From: an uncultured delta proteobacterium
GTDB taxonomy: Bacteria; Desulfobacterota; WTBG01; CAIYCZ01; CAIRTM01
Assembly (NCBI GenBank): GCA_963804955.1
Contig: CAWDSQ010000007.1
Location: 64,001 to 128,000, forward strand
DNA: 64,000 bases
Reading direction: 5' to 3'
This document shows positions 19,889-30,575 of the stretch, one piece after another. Under the pieces are notes generated by a model, which searched no databases, was not told where the DNA came from, and saw nothing but the letters and a program-made list of their open reading frames with translations. The translations under genes and the position numbers were made by a program. How positions within the stretch are numbered: position 1 is the first letter of the stretch; each line of letters begins with the position of its first letter.

Positions 19889-20396
19889 GCAGAAATCTCC
19901 TGAGAGTCAAACAGGTCGATGAGTACGGGGGCTGTTTTCGCAAAACAAATACACTGAAGTCTCTCTTCGTTCCCACCTTTTCAATAATCTAAAGATGGGA
20001 TAAGGCACCATCAACATAAACATCCGGATGTAGTATAAAACAATGCTTGGCACTAGTTACCTAAATTTTCTTATACTATATAATCTCCAGAACAAGAAGA
20101 AAGAAAAAAATATACACAAAGAATGCAGGTAGAAGCGTATACCTACTATGTCCATCTGCTAAAAAAAAAACCTGGCAGCTACGCAAACCGGGGGTAACAA
20201 CACAGCTTGCAGCCTGGCGGAATGAGTAAAAAAACAGCGCTCCCCGTAACACCATTATGCGGACTGGATATCCTGCCCCTGATAATTTTCAGGATGTTAT
20301 CGAACGTGCCACCCCGACAATATATTAGCTCGCCGAACGCCCTGCATTTTATTACAGCAGCATCGAAGGCAGCCTAAACCCGCATATCAACATCTA

Positions 20397-20422
20397 TGAC
20401 GATATTTGCTGACGATATTTGC
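20397..20422. repeat. Perfect 13-bp tandem repeat TGACGATATTTGC x2
   Basis: Read directly; lies just upstream of the -35 box at 20424. Confidence 0.85.
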
Positions 20423-20423
20423 C

Positions 20424-20452
20424 TTGACACACTACAGTCGCCATTTTATAGT
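20424..20452 (+). promoter_or_regulatory. Sigma-70 promoter of the wzx operon
   Basis: TTGACA-17 nt-TATAGT. Confidence 0.62.
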
Positions 20453-20559
20453 CAAATACCCGACTAATACGAGTTCCTATCATTTCAAATACAATTCTAT
20501 CCTTTTATGGCTAGTGAAAGCCGGCATAAAATAAGCCCTATTTAACTTTAAAAAGATAT

Positions 20560-21920
20560 ATGAATTTTTCAGTTGCAATTATTAATAAATTTTTACGCTT
20601 ATTTTTAAAAAAAGAGGCGAACTTAATTCATCTGAAATCAGGCATAAAAATATTTTATTATCAGGTTCATCCAATGTTGTTCTGAAAATTATTACTTCTC
20701 TTTCATCATTAATTTCCGTTCCATTGGTTATTGGTTATTTTGGAAAGGAACTCTTTGGTTTATGGATGCTCATAACATCAATCGTGGGATGGATGCAGTT
20801 GTCGGATTTTGGGTTAGGCCGTGGAATGGTCAACATACTTGCTGAGGATTATGGCAAGGATGATTTTTCTTCTGCTTCTGAACATATAAAAACATCCATG
20901 ATTGTTTTGCTGCTTATACTTCTTGTGGGCATTTTCCCTGTTTTACTGCTAGCCAATTATCTTCCATGGGAATTAATAATAAAAAGCGATAATGCTTTCC
21001 ATATCGATATGGCTCAAAAATGTTTTGTTATTGTTGGCTTGTTTTTTCTTCTTAATATGGCTGCAGGATTAATCGTAAATATTTTTAATGCGTTTCAGAG
21101 ACTCTATGTCGCAAATTCAGTAAACACCGCTTGTTCGGTGCTGTCGCTTGCGGTTATTTACACATGTGTTTTAACTAAATTGAATTTTTTAATAATGATA
21201 TTTTGTATTTCCGCTGTTACTTTTCTTGGTTATATGTATTTGTGGCACATGTTTTTTAAAATATTTCCGGACATAAATTTTAGAGGGCCTGTTAATAAAA
21301 AAATTTTCTTGAAAGTATCAAAAACAAGCGGTCCCCTCTTCATTTTTCAAATTGCATCTCTCCTGGTCAATCAAAGTTATAATGTTATTATATCTGTAGT
21401 TGCAGGCCTGACACTGGTTGCAGATTATAATATTCTTGTGCGTATTTTTTCCCTTATTTCTTTTTCTGCTGCAGCCATTTCAACTCCTTTTTATCCTGCT
21501 ATTCGTGAAGCTTATGAACGGAAAGATTTTACATGGGGAGAAAAATCTATCTGGAGAGCTTTTTTTATAAGAAACAGTGTTTTAATTGTTTTTTCAGTGC
21601 CTTTATTTTTTATTGGAAACGACCTTATTTATTTTTGGGTGGGAAAAACGCTGGAAAATAATTTCGGGTATCTTGGTTGGTTCTTTTTTATTGCGTTTCT
21701 CCTTTCTACAGGTATTAGCTGTGCTGCCGGCGACCTGCTTCTTGTTATGGATGATATATGGGCTCAAATTAAGATTGCGCTGATCAATGGTGCGGTGGTG
21801 GTAGTCGCGCTTTTTTTACTGGTAAAACCATGGGGACTTGTTGGTGTGTATCTTGCGGCATTTGCAGGAAATGCTTATCCTGCTTTTTGGGGCCTTAATC
21901 GATTGCGGTTTAAAATTTGA
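20560..21920 (+). CDS. Oligosaccharide flippase (Wzx/MATE-like); frameshift in A7 run at 20607-20613
   Basis: ORF 20724-21920 extends upstream without stops (RHKNILLSGSSNVVLKIITSLSSLISVPLVIGYFG). One extra A joins it to ATG 20560. Has an SDFGLG motif and multiple TMs. Confidence 0.8.
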
Positions 21921-21979
21921 CAGGGATTTGGAAAATGAAAATTATTAGAAGCAATATTACTGGTTGTAGAACAAATAAA

Positions 21980-22879
21980 ATGTCTTTATTGTTTAAAATT
22001 AGCAATGGATTACTTATGCCATTTTTTTTATTTATATCTTTACTCTTATGCATGAATGGCGCATTAATTCATTTTAAATTAATATTTATTTTTATATTTT
22101 TATTTTTAAACAAAAAATTAACCTCTAAAAATCTTTTAAAACTGCTGGTATGCCCATTTGATTCAGTAAGATATTATGAGGCTCACGTATTTTATAAAAT
22201 TTTAAAAAATAATGTTTTTAAATTCGAAAACTATCTTGATGTTTCTTCTCCGCGGATTTTTCCTTTTATTTTTTGTTTAAAAAAAAATAAATTAACAAAA
22301 AAATGTATTTTAATAAATCCAGACAATAAAGATTTGTCTGAAACACGGTCATTATTCAATAAAAGCACCATGGCGTGTGAATTATATAACATAAAAGTCG
22401 GTGAACTGCCTGAAGATGAGCAGTTTGATTTTATTACTTGCATTTCTGTTTTAGAACATATTCCTCAAGAAGGTGATATCGACGCAGTAAAGAAAATGTG
22501 GCGAATTTTAAAAAAAGGTGGATTCCTGTATATTACAGTGCCTTGTTCAAATGAGGAAATCAATGAGTATCGGGACATGGATCCGTATGGATTGAATGGA
22601 GAAAATTCCAGTGAGTATTATTTTTTTCAAAAATTTTACGATAAAAACATGTTGGAAAATAGAATTTTCAAAACAACAGGGAAACCAATTATTATGGAAA
22701 TTTTCGGAGAAAGAATTCCGGGAAGAATACATCATCTCGATATGATGAAAAAAAAATTAAATTATTTATCCTCTGCGGAATCTTTAATCACCTTTTTAAA
22801 TATAAAAAAGCTTAATAAAATTGAAGACCTGAATGATTTAGGTGTTGTTTGCATGTTGTTCGAAAAACATGTAGACTAA
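21980..22879 (+). CDS. Class I SAM-dependent methyltransferase-like protein
   Basis: YLDVSSPR, FDFITCISVLEHIP, RILKKGGFLYITVP. The start is uncertain (21917-21980). Confidence 0.78.
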   Translation: MSLLFKISNGLLMPFFLFISLLLCMNGALIHFKLIFIFIFLFLNKKLTSKNLLKLLVCPFDSVRYYEAHVFYKILKNNVFKFENYLDVSSPRIFPFIFCLKKNKLTKKCILINPDNKDLSETRSLFNKSTMACELYNIKVGELPEDEQFDFITCISVLEHIPQEGDIDAVKKMWRILKKGGFLYITVPCSNEEINEYRDMDPYGLNGENSSEYYFFQKFYDKNMLENRIFKTTGKPIIMEIFGERIPGRIHHLDMMKKKLNYLSSAESLITFLNIKKLNKIEDLNDLGVVCMLFEKHVD

Positions 22880-22907
22880 AGATGCGGCTTAACTTCGGAG
22901 AACAAAA

Positions 22908-24001
22908 ATGATAAAATTTCCAGTTTATCAACCATCACTGACCGGCAATGAAAAAAAGTATGTCAATGAGTGTTTGGATTCCACCTGGATTTCGTCTAAA
23001 GGCAAATTCGTTGTAGAATTTGAAAAGAAATTTTCACAGTTTATAGATATTAAGCACGCAACCACCGTCAGCAACGGGACTGTTGCCCTGCATCTTGCCC
23101 TTTTAGCTTTAGGCATAGGCGATGGTGATGAGGTTCTTGTTCCGACACTTACTTATATCGCCTCGGTTAATGCTATTGCCTACACCGGCGCTACTCCTGT
23201 TTTTGTCGATTCATTAAGTGACACCTGGCAGATTGATCCTGCTGATGCAAAAAAGAAAATAACGCCAAAAACAAAGGCCATTATGGCTGTGCACCTTTAT
23301 GGGCACCCCTGCGATATGGATTTATTAGCAGCGGTCGCAAAAGAGCACAATATTTTTCTTATAGAAGATTGCGCCGAGGCTTTGGGCACGCTTTACAAGG
23401 GAAAGCATGTTGGCTCTTTCGGCAACATATCGACATTCAGCTTTTTTGGAAATAAAACCATAACAACAGGCGAGGGCGGTATGGTTGTCACCAACGATGA
23501 AACGCTCCATGACCGTGCCATTCATTTTAAGGGTCAAGGGCTCGCAAAACACCGCGCAGTACTGGCACGATGTTATCGGTTACAATTATCGCATGACCAA
23601 TATCTGTGCGGCAATAGGAGCTGGCACAGCTTGAGCAGGCTGATTTTTTTATTGAAAAAAAAAGAGAAATTGCAAAATGGTATAAACTATTTCTTAAAGA
23701 TATCCCGGTAGAAGTTCATAAAGAAGTTGGCAATATTCGGCATTCATATTGGATGGTTTCTTTGCTTGTTGAAAATCCTTCGCAAAGAGAGCCTCTTAGG
23801 GAGCATCTTGAACGTAATGGCATTGAGACCCGACCTCTTTTTTATCCGGTTCATACCATGCCGATGTATTCCTGCAAATACCAGAAACATGCTGTTGCTG
23901 AAGATCTTGGCTGGCGAGGAATGAATCTGCCAAGCTACCCCGGGCTCAATAAAGAGGATGTTGCGGAAATAGTCCAGCACATAAGAGAATTTTTTACATA
24001 A
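22908..24001 (+). CDS. DegT/DnrJ aminotransferase, GDP-perosamine synthase-like; two +1 G insertions (~23556, ~23620)
   Basis: SNGTVALHLAL, IEDCAEA, SFFGNKTITTGEGG. Removing two G restores KHRQYWHDVIGYNYRMTNICAAIGLAQLE and joins GIETRPLFYPVH..NLPSYP. Confidence 0.88.
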
Positions 24002-24376
24002 AATCCTTTGAAATCAGGGGATTTGCTTCCACAGCATTCTCAGATGCTGTAAGCTCATTTAGTAAAACAGCGATTTGAACACATGAAGTTTTTTTCATTT
24101 TTCTTTTGACGCAGACACAGTGCGTACGATACTATCCCCCAAATAAAACGGTGTCTGGAATTTTTTGCCTAAGAGAATATTGCAGGTTTCTTCATGCTGC
24201 GAGGGTTTGATGCTGGTTTTGCTATGACCGCCCATAATGTTTGAATCGGTTTTTAGCATTAAAAAATTGTTTGGCACAATTAACTTTCCAGTATGCGTAT
24301 TTTGCCTGTAAAATGCACACTCTAAGCACCATATTTGTTAAAAGTTGATAACGAAAACTATATTGTAAAAAATTTT

Positions 24377-25594
24377 ATGATGAAAAAGATAGCTGTAATT
24401 GATCCTGCTCTGAACGAAGGAGGGGGAGTAAGGGCACTGGTAAACCTCCTCTTAGAGATAAAAAAGGTGCGATCGAACTTAAGTATCGACTTATTCTGCG
24501 ACCTAAAGAAGCTGAAAAAATTTGACTATAAGGAAATGCTGATAAAAAACGGTATTACTCCAAGGAGCCTGAAATCTTTTGGCGTTAAAGGTTTTTTTTT
24601 GCGAGGCATAGATTTCTATAATAGAACTATAAAAAAACAGAGGACGGATTTATGGCATGAAGGTGTAAAAAAAGATATTGAAAAATGTTGTGGGGGATAT
24701 GATTTAGCTTATTTTTTTTGGCCAATGAACACAAAGTGCCCGGATCTAAAATGTCCTATGGTGGCAACATTTCATGATTTTGGTTATGCTTACTTTTATG
24801 GGGTAGCCAAAAATCCTGTTCGCCCGTTTTCATGCGACGAGATTCCAAAATGGATGAAAAGCAAGGTTGTTCCTGTTGTTTCAACAAACTTTATGGCGTC
24901 CGAGCTGAAAAAATTATTCCCTCATGCCGCAGAGCCTACAGTTATCAATCTTACGTCTCTTAATGCGCACACCGATACTGCTTCTTATGAAACTTCGCTG
25001 GAACATGTTAAGCATCTAGGTATTACGGGGCCATACTTCTTATACCCGGGAAATTTGGGCGCGCATAAAAATATTCACAACCTTGCTTGTGCTATCTATC
25101 TCTTAAATAAAACGGGCAAAAAAATTACATTGGTTTATACGGGATCACAGTCTAATCACTACTCGGGGAAAGCAGATAAGTGGGCGGTTAATGTTACAAG
25201 CACTGATCAAGATGTCATCGGTCTCGGATATATAGACGACGAATTGCTTAATCATTTGATGCAATGCGCTGAAGCGGTCGTTTCACCTTCTCTTTATGAG
25301 GCAGGCTGCGGGCCGGCTTTCGATGCGTGGGCCTTGGGGATACCAGTTGCAATGTCCAATATTGATCCATTTGTTGAACATCTTGACATGATAAATGGAG
25401 TATATGCAACACTGTTTGATCCCCTGAACCCCTATGATATTGCAGAAAAACTTAACTTTGTACTTGAGAACAGGGCTTTTATTCTTCAAAAGGCGCGCGA
25501 GTCAAAAACAGCTCTTAAAAACTGCACATGGGAAAAAGCTGCAAGGTTATATGTGGAATTATTTGAAAATATCTGTGAGTTAAAAGCTTTATGA
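24377..25594 (+). CDS. Glycosyltransferase family 4
   Basis: ATFHD, YFLYPGNLGAHKN, SPSLYEAGCGPAFDAWALGIPV. Confidence 0.88.
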   Translation: MMKKIAVIDPALNEGGGVRALVNLLLEIKKVRSNLSIDLFCDLKKLKKFDYKEMLIKNGITPRSLKSFGVKGFFLRGIDFYNRTIKKQRTDLWHEGVKKDIEKCCGGYDLAYFFWPMNTKCPDLKCPMVATFHDFGYAYFYGVAKNPVRPFSCDEIPKWMKSKVVPVVSTNFMASELKKLFPHAAEPTVINLTSLNAHTDTASYETSLEHVKHLGITGPYFLYPGNLGAHKNIHNLACAIYLLNKTGKKITLVYTGSQSNHYSGKADKWAVNVTSTDQDVIGLGYIDDELLNHLMQCAEAVVSPSLYEAGCGPAFDAWALGIPVAMSNIDPFVEHLDMINGVYATLFDPLNPYDIAEKLNFVLENRAFILQKARESKTALKNCTWEKAARLYVELFENICELKAL

Positions 25595-25721
25595 ACAAAC
25601 CCCTGACAATAAAAAAGCTGTTGCAGATAGACCTCCAATGGTTGGCCCGTCTATGTGAGCGCTTTGCTTTGAAGTGGAATGCACCTCGCTTTAACTGGAG
25701 CTTTGTAAATAGCCCTAGAAA

Positions 25722-26363
25722 TTAAATCTCTTGTGCCGGATTACCAAAAACAGAAACCCCGCTTTTCACATGCCTGATCACAACACTTCCTGCGCCAATT
25801 TTGACATTATCATTGATTCGCCGTGATGGAATGACCAGGGCTTGTGTACCTATAAACACATTTTTGCCCACTACCACATGACCAGCAATATCGACATGGG
25901 GCATAAGCGATGAAAAATCGCCTATAGAAGCGTCATGGCCAATCTGAGTCCCAATATTTATTGTCACAAAATTACCAACATGAACATTTGTTGATATAAT
26001 GGAATTCGGCAATACAACAGTTCCCTCCCCTATGTGTGAACCATGTGCAATAATGCAACCAGGAGCAATAAACGTAATAAACTGCACCTTGTGTTTTATG
26101 GAATTAACAATTTGCTCTTTAAGCTCACAGTCCGATACGGCCAATATTACGCGGTCGTTCGTTTCAAAATTAAAATCTTCTTCAAAACCTGCAACTTGAT
26201 ATTTTGTAGGATACCCATTTAATATATCGGCATCAATATCCAAATACCCCTCAATTCCCCAGTCTCTATCGGCCGCAGGGACTAATTGAAGCCAGCTTTC
26301 TATTTCACGCCCAAAGCCACTTGCGCCGATTATAAATAACCTGAATTGCTTCTTTTCTATCAT
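25722..26363 (-). CDS. Sugar N/O-acyltransferase, NeuD/PglD hexapeptide family
   Basis: IIGASGFGRE, hexapeptide repeats, IGHD, IGAGSVV..GNPA. Confidence 0.9.
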   Translation of the reverse strand: MIEKKQFRLFIIGASGFGREIESWLQLVPAADRDWGIEGYLDIDADILNGYPTKYQVAGFEEDFNFETNDRVILAVSDCELKEQIVNSIKHKVQFITFIAPGCIIAHGSHIGEGTVVLPNSIISTNVHVGNFVTINIGTQIGHDASIGDFSSLMPHVDIAGHVVVGKNVFIGTQALVIPSRRINDNVKIGAGSVVIRHVKSGVSVFGNPAQEI

Positions 26364-26364
26364 G

Positions 26365-27126
26365 CTAATGTAATTTATATCCACCATCTATAATAAATTC
26401 ACTGCCGGTTATCCACCTTGCTGCATCAGATAGCAAAAATGCGCACATACCAGCTACATCACTGGGCGTACCCAACCCAAGAGGATGTGTATCTATAATT
26501 CCCTGTTTTGATTCTTCAGGAATAGTTTCAAAAAGCGCATTGGTCATCTCTGTTTGAACAATTGCAGGAAGTACGGCATTGACCCTTATTTTTTTTAAAG
26601 CCAATTCTAATGCCATAGCTCTTATTCCGCCAAGTAAAGCTGATTTTGAGGAGCAATATCCGACTTTTCCCTTCTCAGCTATTGCCGCCATAATTGATGA
26701 TATGAAGACAATGCTACCACCCTGATTTGAAATATTTTTTTTCTTTGTTAAAATTCGACATAATTCAAATCCGGCAATCACATTTACAGCAAATAACTTC
26801 TCATACTTTTGGGCATTCATCATTTGCAAAGGCACCGTCATTTCGATACCTGCAGCATGTATAAAACCATCAACCACACCAGTTTGCTTTATTGCGATAT
26901 CAACTAACCCTTCAATTCGATCGTACTGAGTAATATCAGCCACCATGCAATGATGCCCCGTACCCTCCAACTGATTCATAGCAGCATCAATCTTGTTCTT
27001 ATTGGTGCCCGACAAGATAATACGGGCCCCCAATTGACTGCATAAAACAGCGCATTGGCTGCCAATGCCCCCCGAGGCACCTGTAATAAGAATTGTTTTA
27101 TCTTCGAGAGTTACCAGCGACTTCAT
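26365..27126 (-). CDS. SDR oxidoreductase (FabG-like ketoacyl-ACP reductase)
   Basis: TGASGGIG, YCSSK, IRVNAVLP, ITGSEFIIDGG. Confidence 0.9.
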   Translation of the reverse strand: MKSLVTLEDKTILITGASGGIGSQCAVLCSQLGARIILSGTNKNKIDAAMNQLEGTGHHCMVADITQYDRIEGLVDIAIKQTGVVDGFIHAAGIEMTVPLQMMNAQKYEKLFAVNVIAGFELCRILTKKKNISNQGGSIVFISSIMAAIAEKGKVGYCSSKSALLGGIRAMALELALKKIRVNAVLPAIVQTEMTNALFETIPEESKQGIIDTHPLGLGTPSDVAGMCAFLLSDAARWITGSEFIIDGGYKLH

Positions 27127-27169
27127 TGCTTTTTATCTGACAGTTCCCAGTAAATGACACAGAAACGAG

Positions 27170-27391
27170 TTAGAACTCAACACTGCCCTCACCGATCAGT
27201 TTGATCAAATCCATTGGTGTATTGATGCTTTTAATATCAACCCCCTTGAATCTTTTCCCAAAGTTTTCATCGACAAAAGCAATAATAGACATGATGCCCA
27301 GAGAGTCGATGTCTAATTGAGTATCCAGGGTAATATCTGCAGTTAAATCAAGTGTTTCTTTTAAGCCATTTAAAAAGTCAGTATGTGTCAT
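27170..27391 (-). CDS. Acyl carrier protein
   Basis: 73 aa, acidic, IDSLGIMSIIAFVDENFG phosphopantetheine motif; lies between FabH and FabG. Confidence 0.88.
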   Translation of the reverse strand: MTHTDFLNGLKETLDLTADITLDTQLDIDSLGIMSIIAFVDENFGKRFKGVDIKSINTPMDLIKLIGEGSVEF

Positions 27392-27403
27392 AGTCTCATC
27401 GCA

Positions 27404-28402
27404 TTATAAGTTTATAATTACTCCTCCCCAGGATAAACCGACACCGAAACCTACCAGCAGTATCTTGCTGCCAGAAGTTATTTTTCCGTCCTTGATTAGG
27501 TTATGCAACGCGATAGGAAGGGTAGCGGAAACGGTATTACCTGTTTCCTGCAAGTTTATATAAAACTTATCTTCTGGTATTTTAGCTTTTCTGCGCAAAT
27601 AATCGAGCATGTATTTATTTGCCTGATGCAAAACATAATAATCAATTTTATCAGGCTCTACTCCATTTATATTTAATATCTCATCTATAGCTGCAGGAAT
27701 TTTTTCAATAGTAAAATTAAAAATTTCAGGACCATTCATATACAGAAAGTTGGCATTAGTTAAGTTATCCGTACCATAAATAAAGTCAGAAGCATGAGGA
27801 TCAAACTTATTACGAAAGCCTCCATTTTTCACAATCGCATTATCATATCCGTTCCCGTCAGTATAAAGAACAAATTTCCCGAAACGCGACTTCTCTGTTT
27901 TTCCGATGAGGCAGGCTGCCGCTGCATCGCCAAAGATCGATCGATTTGCTTTGTCTTTCGGATGTATATGCTTGGAATAGGTTTCAGACATTACCAGCAA
28001 AATACGATTTGTTACACCTGCAGACATAAGTCCTTCGGATATGGCGAGCCCATATACAAATCCAGAACAGCCCAAGTTGTAATCAAAAGCCATGCATTTT
28101 GCAGGCAGCCCTAGCCGGGACTGTAGAAGGCATGCACCGGAAGGTAAAAAGTACTCCGGACTTTGGGTGCACAATATAACAGCATCAACTTCTGACCTGT
28201 CTACTTGGGCTAACAGTTTACTGGCAGCCTTTTCAGCCATATCAAGGGCAGTTTCATTATCTGCAGCAATATGCCGTTGTCTGATGCCGATTTTAGTTGC
28301 AGTCTTAGTATCCTCAAAATCCGGAAACTCGATTTTAAGATCCTCGTTTGTCAGAACCTTCTCCGGAAGATAAATTTCTATTTTTTCTATACAAGCATGC
28401 AT
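27404..28402 (-). CDS. 3-oxoacyl-ACP synthase III (FabH-like)
   Basis: Catalytic triad NLGCSGF / HQAN / GNTVS; FGDAAAA; GFGVGLSWG. Confidence 0.93.
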   Translation of the reverse strand: MHACIEKIEIYLPEKVLTNEDLKIEFPDFEDTKTATKIGIRQRHIAADNETALDMAEKAASKLLAQVDRSEVDAVILCTQSPEYFLPSGACLLQSRLGLPAKCMAFDYNLGCSGFVYGLAISEGLMSAGVTNRILLVMSETYSKHIHPKDKANRSIFGDAAAACLIGKTEKSRFGKFVLYTDGNGYDNAIVKNGGFRNKFDPHASDFIYGTDNLTNANFLYMNGPEIFNFTIEKIPAAIDEILNINGVEPDKIDYYVLHQANKYMLDYLRRKAKIPEDKFYINLQETGNTVSATLPIALHNLIKDGKITSGSKILLVGFGVGLSWGGVIINL

Positions 28403-28558
28403 ATATTATTTTAATTATTGGTTAAAATTTAACAACTATTAAAAAACTCAGACTACTTAGATAAAAGTAAAGTTGCAGATTCTCAACAGACGAGATGCGC
28501 TTTTTCAGATGTCACAACAATGCAGCGATCCTACCCAACCTGCTATAATTTGCTTTTG

Positions 28559-28587
28559 AGCATATAAAGATTTTCAGGGTTAGTCAA
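28559..28587 (-). promoter_or_regulatory. Possible sigma-70 promoter of the FabH cassette
   Basis: Minus strand TTGACT-17 nt-TATGCT. Confidence 0.45.
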
Positions 28588-28689
28588 TAAATACTATGGT
28601 AACACTATGTTAGTTTAATTTCTGCTTAACGGACAGACCTATTAGCAGACTTACACCGCCAAGTTATCGCCCCCGCCGGGCCCACCATC

Positions 28690-28727
28690 ACAAAGAAGGC
28701 CGCTCCATTTGGAGCGGCCTTCTTTGT
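28690..28727 (-). terminator. Hairpin/terminator after the E3 gene
   Basis: 18-bp perfect inverted repeat ACAAAGAAGGCCGCTCCA / TGGAGCGGCCTTCTTTGT. Confidence 0.8.
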
Positions 28728-28750
28728 TTTTATAAAAAGCAAACTACGGG

Positions 28751-30487
28751 TTACTTCTTTTTGGGCATATGGATGGCTTTCTTGTCAACATCCAGCGCAG
28801 CTTCCATGATGCTCTCGGCAATCGTGGGATGCGCGTGAATGGTGTGGGCCATTTCTTCAAATGTTGCTTCCATCTGAATGGCAAGAGCTGCCTCATTGAT
28901 AAGGTCGGTGGCATGGGGTCCAAGTATTGCAACGCCCAGAACTTCGCCGTACTTCTTGTCGGCGATGATCTTCACCAGGCCGCCGGTCTCATTGATAACC
29001 AGTGCCTTGCCGCAGCCGACAAAGGGAAACCGGCCGATCTGCACGTCGCCGTACTTGGCCTTTGCTTCCTTCTCGGTCATGCCGACGCTTGCAACTTCCG
29101 GGCTGGTGTAGACAGCGCGGGGCACTGAGCGGTAGTTCATCTTGTGCTTTTTCCCCAGGACGTTCATTGCCGCTGTTTCACCTTCGGAGGTGGCTACATG
29201 GGCAAGCATGTAATTGCCGATGGCATCGCCGATGGCATAGATGCCGGCAACGCTGGTCTCAAGGTATTCATTGACCTTGATAAAGCCCTTTTCCATGGCA
29301 ACGCCGACCTTGTCAAGGCCGAGGCCTTCGGTATAGGGCGAACGGCCAACAGCCACGAGCACCAGATCGACTTCCTTCTGCTTGTCGCCGAAGGTCACGA
29401 GCTTCTTGCCGCCCTTGTCCTCGATCTTGCTGACGGACGTATTGGTAAGTATTTCAATGCCTTCCTTCTGTATCATAGCCGAGAATGACTTTGCGATCTC
29501 TTCATCTTCGGTCGGCAGAATCTGTGGCATCATTTCAACAACGGTCACTTCCACATCCATACGCTTCATCACCTGCGCGAACTCCATGCCGATAACGCCG
29601 CCGCCGATGATGAGAATGCTTTTCGGAAGCTTGTCAAGGGACAGTGCGCCGTCGGAATTGATAACGCCGGGAAGGTCAACGCCGGGGATGGGTACCTTGC
29701 TCGGCACGGAGCCGGTGGCGATGATGATCTTGTCGCACGCGATGGTCTCGCCGGTCTCTTTTACTTTCACGGTCTTGGCGTCAACGATTTCAGCCGTACC
29801 CTTGACAATCTTCATGCCGTGGCTTTTCAGAATGCCGCCGAGTCCGCCGACCAGCTGCTTCACAACAGTTGCCTTGCGTGCCATGACAGCAGGAAAGTCG
29901 ACGCTTGCGCCGGTCATGTTGATGCCGAATATTTTGGACTCTTTTGCCAGATGATACACTCCTGCCGACTGCAGGAGCGACTTGGTCGGGATGCAGCCGC
30001 GGTTGAGGCAGGTGCCGCCGAACTCATCCTTTTCAATAATGGTGACCTTGCCGCCGAGCTGGCAGATGCGGATTGCCGCAGGATAGCCGCCGGGGCCGCC
30101 GCCGATCACAACCACATGGGTGTCGGCAGCAGGGGCTGCCGGTGCTGCTGCGGCAGCGGGTGCGGCGGCAGCTGCCGGTGCTGCTGCGGCGGGGGTTGCG
30201 GCTGCTGCAGCAGGTGCTGCGCCGCCTGCGGCAACGCCGGCCAATTCGCCCTTGTCTGCCGCTATTATAGCGATAAGCTCAGCTACGGGGACTTCGCCTT
30301 CCGCGGGAACAACGATATGGAGATAGCCGTTAGCCGGGCTTTCCACTTCATAGGTGATTTTTTCTGTTTCAACAACAAGCAGAATCTCGCCCTGCTTTAC
30401 TTCTTCGCCTTCGGCCTTTTTCCACTCGGCAATCTTGCCGGTTTCCATGGTCAGCCCGAGCTTGGGCATGGTTAAATTGGTTGCCAT
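28751..30487 (-). CDS. lpdA: Dihydrolipoyl dehydrogenase (E3) with N-terminal lipoyl domain
   Basis: ETEKIT lipoyl motif, Ala/Pro linker, GGGPGGY, GGTCLNRGCIPTK, IHAHPTIAE. Confidence 0.96.
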   Translation of the reverse strand: MATNLTMPKLGLTMETGKIAEWKKAEGEEVKQGEILLVVETEKITYEVESPANGYLHIVVPAEGEVPVAELIAIIAADKGELAGVAAGGAAPAAAAATPAAAAPAAAAAPAAAAAPAAPAADTHVVVIGGGPGGYPAAIRICQLGGKVTIIEKDEFGGTCLNRGCIPTKSLLQSAGVYHLAKESKIFGINMTGASVDFPAVMARKATVVKQLVGGLGGILKSHGMKIVKGTAEIVDAKTVKVKETGETIACDKIIIATGSVPSKVPIPGVDLPGVINSDGALSLDKLPKSILIIGGGVIGMEFAQVMKRMDVEVTVVEMMPQILPTEDEEIAKSFSAMIQKEGIEILTNTSVSKIEDKGGKKLVTFGDKQKEVDLVLVAVGRSPYTEGLGLDKVGVAMEKGFIKVNEYLETSVAGIYAIGDAIGNYMLAHVATSEGETAAMNVLGKKHKMNYRSVPRAVYTSPEVASVGMTEKEAKAKYGDVQIGRFPFVGCGKALVINETGGLVKIIADKKYGEVLGVAILGPHATDLINEAALAIQMEATFEEMAHTIHAHPTIAESIMEAALDVDKKAIHMPKKK

Positions 30488-30517
30488 AGTAGTTACTCCT
30501 CTATTATCAAGTTTTCC

Positions 30518-30546
30518 GTAGTGGCGGGTTTGAAACCCGCCACTAC
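30518..30546. repeat. REP-like palindrome with GTAG ends
   Basis: GTAGTGGCGGGTTT-G-AAACCCGCCACTAC, perfect 14-bp arms. Confidence 0.75.
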
Positions 30547-30575
30547 TATCATTAATTACGTTTGCCCTTATTTAA

